A stretch of DNA of 64,000 nucleotides from the IMG/VR virus record IMGVR_UViG_3300050821_003315. One strand, written 5' to 3'. Position 1 is the stretch's first letter, and each line of letters begins with the position of its first letter. Shown piece after piece: positions 57,720 through 64,000 of this stretch. This stretch comes from a virus. Both the position numbers and the translations under genes were made by a program. The notes under the pieces were generated by a model. The model had not been told where the DNA came from. It was given only the letters and a program-made list of their open reading frames with translations, and did no database searches.

Positions 57720-58724
57720 CTACATCCCAACCTTGCGATTACTTCGGATATACGGTCGCAAAAGTTCCACAATCCAAGAGTTAGAACCAGCCTTGGCTAT
57801 GCCCAGGTCAGAGACGCCTAGGACACCAAAGGTGGCATCCTTTAGCTTGAAGTATTCAGCCGATAGCATAAGGCACGCCTGAGAAATAGCTGGCGGAATG
57901 ACCGGCCATCCCCACACGCCTGTTACTTTAACTCGGTCCAGATGCGTGAAAGGCCAAATGAACGGGAAGAACTGACCGCCGGCGGGAGCACCCTGACTTC
58001 CAATCAACACCTGCACCTGGCGATAAGGACGTGGTACACCGAGATAGTTTGAGTTGTACAACTCAAAGCCACGACGTAGCTGGTAGTTAACGTTCTGTGT
58101 CCAAGAAGTCTCAAACACTCCATCGCCATCGTAGTCTAGCGCAAGAGCACTGACACTTACTATGGGGTCAATGTCTAGCAACCAGATATCACTAGGTGCG
58201 AATGTGCGACTTTCCGTAATCTGGTAGAAGTGCTGAGCGCAGTACTCGTTAATCCAGTTTGTCGCTGCTTGGATAGCTGTGGTCATCTCATAGTCGCTAG
58301 CAGTATCAGTTATGCTGAGGCGCGACTTTAGCTCGTCTAGGCCACAATACCACTGGACCTGAGAAGTACCTGATTCACTGCTGTAAGGCAGGATTCGGAA
58401 GGTATCTGCTTGTACTGTCGTGCCGCCTGGGCCTCCTGTACTTCCCACACCAATCCACATGGCGGACCAAAGGCCCGTAGGCACAGGATTAGGTGAGTAC
58501 AGCACTGAGGCTTGCAAGTTGAACTGGTACTGGCCTGTGGCCACTTTACTAATGATGTTGCGGCCTGAGCCACCTGTGTACGTGTAGCTGGTTTGCAGTC
58601 CTTGAGGGTCTGTCGTAACGAGCTGAATAGTTCCAGGGTCTACAGGACTACCACTAGGGTCAGTAAAAGTTATGGTGATAGGCACCACTGACCCGGACAG
58701 GTCATAGTAAACCGCACTTGTCAC
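57720..58724 (-). CDS. Head-to-tail adaptor with extra N-terminal Ig-like domain
   Basis: YC.LDELK.RL, AI.AA..WI..YC...F, V.VTG.WGW..IP.AI.QA; GGAGG SD. Confidence 0.8.
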   Translation of the reverse strand: MTSAVYYDLSGSVVPITITFTDPSGSPVDPGTIQLVTTDPQGLQTSYTYTGGSGRNIISKVATGQYQFNLQASVLYSPNPVPTGLWSAMWIGVGSTGGPGGTTVQADTFRILPYSSESGTSQVQWYCGLDELKSRLSITDTASDYEMTTAIQAATNWINEYCAQHFYQITESRTFAPSDIWLLDIDPIVSVSALALDYDGDGVFETSWTQNVNYQLRRGFELYNSNYLGVPRPYRQVQVLIGSQGAPAGGQFFPFIWPFTHLDRVKVTGVWGWPVIPPAISQACLMLSAEYFKLKDATFGVLGVSDLGIAKAGSNSWIVELLRPYIRSNRKVGM

Positions 58725-58763
58725 GATGCCTCCTCGTAGCTTTTCTCCTACTCAGAATACACC

Positions 58764-58800
58764 AAAAGCCCTCGGCCCAGGAGAATCCTGAGCGGAGGGC
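58764..58800 (-). terminator. Intrinsic terminator
   Basis: GCCCTC..CTCAGGA-TTC-TCCTGGG..GAGGGC-TTTT. Confidence 0.7.
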
Positions 58801-58898
58801 CTATGGCGAGATTTAAAGACCACCTCCTAGGGCGCAGTGATTACTTTTCACAGCTACCACCTCCTCGCCTAGGAGCTTTCCTTGATGACTTCAGCTTA

Positions 58899-59090
58899 TC
58901 AGTGCACTCGCCACATCATTACACATCGGCGCAAAATTGCATCTGTTACGTATAGTCCTAGCGGATGCTGCGTTCTGCCAAGAGCTTCAGAGACTTGACG
59001 CCTGAAATCCGGGAAGCTTTCGTGCTCAATGATATCCAGCCAGCAACGTAGCTCTTCCTGAGACAGCGGCACCCGCTCTGAAGGACTCAT
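58899..59090 (-). CDS. Hypothetical protein
   Basis: Short operon ORF. Confidence 0.45.
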   Translation of the reverse strand: MSPSERVPLSQEELRCWLDIIEHESFPDFRRQVSEALGRTQHPLGLYVTDAILRRCVMMWRVH

Positions 59091-59092
59091 GC

Positions 59093-59629
59093 TTAGCCTA
59101 CTTTCGCCAGCTCAAGGTCACGCTTCCACAACGACCCTGGAGTCACAAAGCCCGTCCAGCGCTTGTCTGTGAACACCTCCACGCCCAGCTTAAGGTAGAA
59201 GTCATCAGCAATTTGAGAGCAAATCATATGCCCTGTGTCTGCGATGAAGTGCTCCAAGCCCGGAATCGGCAGGTGCAACCTGTGAGCAACAAGCGCGTCA
59301 TAGTCCAGAAAGGAGTACTTAATGCCCTTGTACGTAGCTCCCAGTTTTACGACTGTATCAGTCCAGCCAGGAGTTGCTGGCTTGCTTCCCAGTAGGTCAT
59401 AAATGTGCTCACACCAGTAGACGCTGGCGGGCCTGTAGTGCAGTGGCACAATCCTGGCACCGCCTGGTTCAGCTTCTAGTATCTGACCATTACCTAGGGA
59501 CACAAAGGCATGCTCAAATAGGCTGAAGCCGTCTCCGTTAAGAAACTGGCCTAGGCGTATGCCTGCACCAACACTTCCAGAGATTTGCGTCAACCCGATG
59601 AGTCCGGGAGCCGGGAAAATGTCGTTCAT
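59093..59629 (-). CDS. Permuted NlpC/P60 (YiiX/YaeF-like) hydrolase
   Basis: PG.IGL, EHAFV, EAEPGG, YSFLDY, ICSQ (His before Cys), VTPG.L. Confidence 0.75.
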   Translation of the reverse strand: MNDIFPAPGLIGLTQISGSVGAGIRLGQFLNGDGFSLFEHAFVSLGNGQILEAEPGGARIVPLHYRPASVYWCEHIYDLLGSKPATPGWTDTVVKLGATYKGIKYSFLDYDALVAHRLHLPIPGLEHFIADTGHMICSQIADDFYLKLGVEVFTDKRWTGFVTPGSLWKRDLELAKVG

Positions 59630-59654
59630 GCACTCATTGTAAGCGCTTAATCAG

Positions 59655-60185
59655 CTAGTGGATAATCACGCCTGTGATAATGCTAGCCATAGCTACCAGG
59701 AAGGAGATAATTGTCGCTATGAGTAGAAGATTCTCCCGCCTAGTACGGCCTGTTACAGCGTTTGCGACATTACCGCCTTGAGTTACGTCCAGGCGGCTGC
59801 TAAGCCGGAGTTCGAGGTCAGCTATGTGCTTAGAAGTCTCTTCTACTTTCTGCACAAGATATTTTTGCGCTTCATCGTACTCACCACGAGGCAAGAAAGT
59901 TCGTGCTTGGTCACTAAGCTGACCACGGAACTCATTAACAGACTCAAATCGCTTTTCCGCTGCTGTTTCTGCCTTGGTAGTGGCTTGTTTTGATGCCTCA
60001 AGAGCAGCACTAACTGCTTTTTCGGCAGCCTCAAAGGCAGTACTCATAGCCTCTTGATTAGATGCCTGACGTTCATCCAGCAAACGCATCATGTCAGCAC
60101 GGGCTTGAGCATTAAACCTGTCAGCAGCGTCTATCTTTTCGGCAAGTCGGGCAAGCTCTATTGCGCAGTTATAGTTATCGCACAC
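59655..60185 (-). CDS. Coiled-coil protein with C-terminal TM anchor
   Basis: KAE.A.EKRFESVNEFRGQL.DQ...F.PR.E; terminal hydrophobic helix. Confidence 0.7.
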   Translation of the reverse strand: MCDNYNCAIELARLAEKIDAADRFNAQARADMMRLLDERQASNQEAMSTAFEAAEKAVSAALEASKQATTKAETAAEKRFESVNEFRGQLSDQARTFLPRGEYDEAQKYLVQKVEETSKHIADLELRLSSRLDVTQGGNVANAVTGRTRRENLLLIATIISFLVAMASIITGVIIH

Positions 60186-60209
60186 ACGTCTAGAGTACGC
60201 GAAATAGCT

Positions 60210-60734
60210 TTACTTAACAGTGTACAAAACAGATGACCCTACAGTACGTAGTCCTTCAGGGAACAGCGCATCTAGAGCCGGCTTAACATCAGGACAGCAG
60301 CAGTATTCGTGGTAATCGTGGAACATGATAGTTCCACCCGGCTTCAGCAACGGTAGTGAATTGCGAGCGTCTGCGGTAACTCCGTCAAAAGCATGCTCAC
60401 CGTCAATGAATATGAAATCGAACTTGTCAGTAAGCTGCGGTAGCATAACGGTAGAGTCACCCTCCACCACGGTAACCTTATCCCTTATACCTTGCTCAAT
60501 CACATTATTATCCCACTGAGGGTAGCTGCATATGGGCGGGAATAGGTCTACTGATGTTACGTGAGCGGCTGTGCTAGCAAGAACTGAAGTAGAGAAACCG
60601 TAAGCTACTCCTACTTCCATAACGTTCTTGCCCGTAGCTTGCGTACGGAGTTCTTCCGCTTCTTCGTCCAGCAGGGACGTAAAAATTCCACGATTACCAG
60701 GAATCGGGCTGATGTCACGCCATGGCAGGTGCAT
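60210..60734 (-). CDS. Class I SAM-dependent methyltransferase (Methyltransf_24-like)
   Basis: VMEVGVAYGFST, FDFIFIDGEH, LKPGG.I.FHDY. Confidence 0.9.
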   Translation of the reverse strand: MHLPWRDISPIPGNRGIFTSLLDEEAEELRTQATGKNVMEVGVAYGFSTSVLASTAAHVTSVDLFPPICSYPQWDNNVIEQGIRDKVTVVEGDSTVMLPQLTDKFDFIFIDGEHAFDGVTADARNSLPLLKPGGTIMFHDYHEYCCCPDVKPALDALFPEGLRTVGSSVLYTVK

Positions 60735-60735
60735 T

Positions 60736-61458
60736 TTAGATATCTCCAGCTAGTTTGGCCCAGTAACGTTCGCCTGACAAGTGTTCTGCCCAGAACCTTC
60801 GCCAGTCGGTAGTGCGTAGACAGTTCCCTCCAGAGTTAGCGACCGCATAACCGGTAGCTGCTTCTATTGGTGAATTGCCGCTATTTAGGAGAGGAAAACT
60901 TACGCGCTGAAACAGGTCAGTAGTGCAGAAGAATGCTCCTCCGTACTTAAGAGTAGCATTGTAGTACTCACCAGGCATATCTTCTTGATAGTTGTCCCAC
61001 CAAGGTGCGCCGCTGCCTATCGCGTAAGCTATGCCGTTAACTATAACATTAGGTCCACTAGTGCTGCCCCCACCACTTGCCGATATCTTGTCTAGTCGAT
61101 GCGGCACTAGATAATTACTGCCCCGTACAACGCTTAGAACACCTGAGTCGTAGTTAAGTAGCTGGTCAGCTTCGGTGACGTAAACGTGCGTGTATTCCGT
61201 GTCCAACCCCAGTTTTTGTGCTTCGGTATTTACTAGGGCCGGGATGTGCCAAGGGTTTTCGTAGTGCACGCGGATTATACTGACACTCAGAGCTTCTACG
61301 TCCGCTGCGTCTTCTTCACGACCTACTCCCACGTACAGTTCGTCAACAAAGTCCAGAGCATTTTCTACTGTACGACGCAAGTACTCAATGCGTTCAGGGG
61401 AATTTGTACACTCGGGGCTAGAACCTGCGTAGTAAGGGATTATCCCTACAACTTTCAC
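60736..61458 (-). CDS. GT-A-fold glycosyltransferase-like protein
   Basis: VVGIIPYY, R..YL..TV, YVTEADQ (DxD-like), GGAF, EHL; cluster context. Confidence 0.6.
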   Translation of the reverse strand: MKVVGIIPYYAGSSPECTNSPERIEYLRRTVENALDFVDELYVGVGREEDAADVEALSVSIIRVHYENPWHIPALVNTEAQKLGLDTEYTHVYVTEADQLLNYDSGVLSVVRGSNYLVPHRLDKISASGGGSTSGPNVIVNGIAYAIGSGAPWWDNYQEDMPGEYYNATLKYGGAFFCTTDLFQRVSFPLLNSGNSPIEAATGYAVANSGGNCLRTTDWRRFWAEHLSGERYWAKLAGDI

Positions 61459-62105
61459 TCAAGAATCCTCTGACGCGGACTGTCTGGGTTCGGAGCATCC
61501 CTGTACGCCTGGCAAGTAACGTGAGGGTAATGCTTCCAGGTAATACCGTGCGCCATCCAGCGCTGTGCAATATCCCAATCAATAGTGTCCTGTCCTTCAT
61601 CTCGCCAATTTACTCGCTCCAGAATTGCTTTGCGGTGAGCTATAGCTGAAGTTGAGATGCCGGAGTATGTAGGTGGGTCTGTGCCTGAGATGTTAGGGTT
61701 GCCTGGGTCGTAAATCATAATTCGCGAATAGGAGAAGCCTGCTTGTGGGTCTTGCTTGAGCATAGCCATGAGAGCTGACAGGTGATTAGGCAAGTACTCA
61801 TCGTCGTCGTCCAAGTACGCTACGAAATCTCCTTTAGCTCGCCGTATTCCTTCTAGTCTTGCAAAGTGACCCCAACGTGAATTGTCATGATGAGCCGGAA
61901 GTTCTGCGTACTCCAACTCGTAGTCTGAATACAGGAAAGCTTTACTGCTTGCCTTGAATAGGCTTCGCAATTCGGGGTTAGGACCGTCCGCTACGACAAC
62001 ATGCTGAATAGGGCGGTACTCCTGCAAAGCTACGGACAATACTGCCCGTAGCACAGATGCGTCTCTATGCCAGGTAGGCGTAACTACCGTGATGAGGTCA
62101 GCCAT
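61455..62105 (-). CDS. Family 2 glycosyltransferase
   Basis: ITVVTPT, RA..SV..Q, VVVADG, GI..AKGDFVAYLDDDD...P.HL, DWD. Confidence 0.92.
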   Translation of the reverse strand: MADLITVVTPTWHRDASVLRAVLSVALQEYRPIQHVVVADGPNPELRSLFKASSKAFLYSDYELEYAELPAHHDNSRWGHFARLEGIRRAKGDFVAYLDDDDEYLPNHLSALMAMLKQDPQAGFSYSRIMIYDPGNPNISGTDPPTYSGISTSAIAHRKAILERVNWRDEGQDTIDWDIAQRWMAHGITWKHYPHVTCQAYRDAPNPDSPRQRILE

Positions 62106-62929
62106 TCCTGGTACCACTCAATAGTTTCCGTCGCCTTATACGGCCATAGGTTGTTGCACACAGGCTTAGTGGCTACTACTACAGCATCCCTCGGCTCCCC
62201 ACTGCGTCCCGCCACCGTGGTGATAGTTGATGAGGATGTAGGAATCTTCGACAGAATGTCTTGCGCGACCTGGTCTACGGAAATAGGCACTCCGTTACCT
62301 GCTTCTACCACAGTGCCGTAAGGTCCCGCCAGAGCATCTACAAGCGCTACGGCCACGTCATCCACGTAAACGGTATCAATTAGCTGCTCACCGGTCCCGC
62401 ACAGCTCCAGCGGCATGTTAGTTAGTGCCCGCGTCGCGAAGGTGGGGAAGAACTTGTGAACGCTGGCAGTGCCGTGTGGCGGCCCTACCGGCTGACCTGG
62501 CCCATACACGTGATACGCACGCAGGATAGTTACTTCGTGACCAAGCCACTGTGCTCGGGCAAGACCTAGGTCTTCCGCGCAAGCCTTGGTTAGCGCGTAT
62601 GGATTAGGCTGGCCTTTATGCCCGGTCCCTACCTGAACTACCGGAATGCCGACTTCAGAAGCGACATCATAAACGTTGATGGCACCGATGATGTTAACTT
62701 CCGCCGCCTTGGCTTCATGGCCGAATAGTTCAGGGGTGCCTAGCATACCAGCCAGGTTGATGATGCCTTGAACGTCGGTCAATCGCACGATTTCCCGTAG
62801 AGCACTGACATCACGGATGTCAGATGAAGGAAGGTCATACGGGATTGCGGTCATGCCGCGCGCAGCTAGCTCATTGCAAGTAGGCTTCCCGATAAAGCCA
62901 CTGCTGCCAGTAACGAGAATGTTAGTCAC
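62084..62929 (-). CDS. NAD-dependent NDP-sugar epimerase/dehydratase (extended SDR)
   Basis: ILVTGSSGFIG, INLAG, N..GA.NV, YALTK, VYGPGQ, D.VYVDDVA. Confidence 0.92.
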   Translation of the reverse strand: MTNILVTGSSGFIGKPTCNELAARGMTAIPYDLPSSDIRDVSALREIVRLTDVQGIINLAGMLGTPELFGHEAKAAEVNIIGAINVYDVASEVGIPVVQVGTGHKGQPNPYALTKACAEDLGLARAQWLGHEVTILRAYHVYGPGQPVGPPHGTASVHKFFPTFATRALTNMPLELCGTGEQLIDTVYVDDVAVALVDALAGPYGTVVEAGNGVPISVDQVAQDILSKIPTSSSTITTVAGRSGEPRDAVVVATKPVCNNLWPYKATETIEWYQEWLTSSR

Positions 62930-62953
62930 GACTGAAATTCTACCTTATCCACG

Positions 62954-63520
62954 TTAGGGCTTAATCCATGCGCCGCGCCTGATTTCCCAGTCATCAATGA
63001 CTATGGGCCAGTTACCCGGTGGGTGAAGTTCCCAGGCACCGCCTGCTAGGATTGCTCCTGACTTCATGTTCTTGTGAATCATCTCTTCGAGCGCACGCTC
63101 TGACGGGATGTCACGGAACGGTCGGTACAGCCAGATGATGTCGTAGTCCTGATACAGGCCAGGAACTTCTAGCGCGTCTTGAACTAGGATGTCACCTGTC
63201 TTCCACTTGCGCGCTTCAGCCGCCATGTCCGCGTCAACTTCAACGCCGTCTGCATCAAGGCCGAACACCTCACTAGCCAGTGCTACTTTAGTGCCGATGC
63301 CACAACCTACGTCAAGAAATGTGAAGCCCTCGGTATAGGTGATGCATTCTGCCAGCATTGCAATGAAGTTAGATGGCTGGAAGGGCATCCACGGCAGGTA
63401 CTTGTCGTCGTGACGGTTACCGTGAGTTAGCCACTCAGGCTCCATCTCTTCTACCTGCTGCATGAGACGCCTAATACGCCATGGTCGTGACTCTTCTAGG
63501 TCACCGTTTACCAGCCGCAT
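62954..63520 (-). CDS. Class I SAM-dependent methyltransferase
   Basis: FLDVGCGIG, GVE.D, DAL, YDIIWLYRPF. Confidence 0.85.
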   Translation of the reverse strand: MRLVNGDLEESRPWRIRRLMQQVEEMEPEWLTHGNRHDDKYLPWMPFQPSNFIAMLAECITYTEGFTFLDVGCGIGTKVALASEVFGLDADGVEVDADMAAEARKWKTGDILVQDALEVPGLYQDYDIIWLYRPFRDIPSERALEEMIHKNMKSGAILAGGAWELHPPGNWPIVIDDWEIRRGAWIKP

Positions 63521-63663
63521 TAGGCACCCAGCTCATCGTCAGGAATATCGCTGTAGGGCAGCGTTGACTGAAGGGCCTCTTCTACGCCAGTGAAGTCTTC
63601 TTCCGACTCTCCACCTCGGATTTCAGGCTTGGGCTTTACCTTGTTATCAGGATTCTCACACAT
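63520..63663 (-). CDS. 47-aa acidic peptide
   Basis: Not in track; leaderless TAGGCT-N7-ATG; TAATG-coupled to the methyltransferase. Confidence 0.55.
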   Translation of the reverse strand: MCENPDNKVKPKPEIRGGESEEDFTGVEEALQSTLPYSDIPDDELGA

Positions 63664-63687
63664 GTTTGCGAGCCTACCGGGACACCG

Positions 63688-64000
63688 CTAATCAAGCAAT
63701 AGCCATTCAGGATTATTTACCGTCCAGCTAATGGTGCGCTTCAGGCTCTCTTCGAAAGGCACAGGCGGTTCCCAGCCTAGTTTTTGTAGCTTTGAAGCGT
63801 CTAGGCCGTAATGCGCATCATGTCCCGGTCTAATTGTGTGGGCGTCCACTAGCCTGTACTTCAGTTCGTACCCCGCATAATCAGCTATCAGTGAAGCCAT
63901 CTTAAGGTTGGAAAGCCGAGTTTCTGTCGCTACGTTATAGCGGTCTGGCCGACCGGAACGAACGTGCCCTAGGCTACCTTGCGCCCAGTGCGGATACATG
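63688..64000 (-). CDS. dTDP-glucose 4,6-dehydratase-like SDR (C-terminal part; 5' end outside the window)
   Basis: YNV, RPGHD.HY.LD.SKL..LGW.P...FEE.L..T..W...NPEW, an RmlB-type C-terminus. Confidence 0.8.
   Translation of the reverse strand, partial: MYPHWAQGSLGHVRSGRPDRYNVATETRLSNLKMASLIADYAGYELKYRLVDAHTIRPGHDAHYGLDASKLQKLGWEPPVPFEESLKRTISWTVNNPEWLLLD

Overview
A 64-kb segment of a tailed dsDNA phage (siphovirus), most likely infecting an actinobacterium: moderately high GC by eye, many leaderless TANNNT-N6/7-start genes, and actinophage-type ThyX, Cas4-like nuclease, RuvC and SSB. From the right end, a minus-strand late region carries a sugar-biosynthesis/glycosylation cluster (two NDP-sugar SDR enzymes, two SAM methyltransferases, GT2 and GT-A-like genes). 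It continues with the head-tail adaptor, tail terminator, a further GT-B glycosyltransferase directly upstream of the major tail gene, a -1 frameshifting tail chaperone, a 2816-aa tape measure with three cell-wall hydrolase domains, a giant Dit-like protein, minor tail proteins and holin-like genes. A plus-strand early operon (18.4-30.8 kb) encodes a Cas4-like nuclease, an HNH-like lipoprotein, SSB, SNF2 helicase, RuvC, ThyX, an AEP-like mini protein and an XRE regulator. A divergent minus-strand operon encodes prim-pol/helicase, an iteron-rich putative origin, PolA, HNH, a papain-like peptidase, three beta-helix tailspike-like genes far from the tail module, and class II RNR (NrdJ). No integrase, capsid/terminase, tRNA or CRISPR array was seen. 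Most notable: a probable self-contained virion-glycosylation pathway; mobile endonuclease genes sitting at translationally coupled junctions with scars; an anchor-less tailspike duplicate; an atypical PolA; several structured RNA leaders; and apparent absence of GATC, CTGCAG, CTCGAG and GAGCTC. Annotations rest on motif recognition by eye; no database searches were run.
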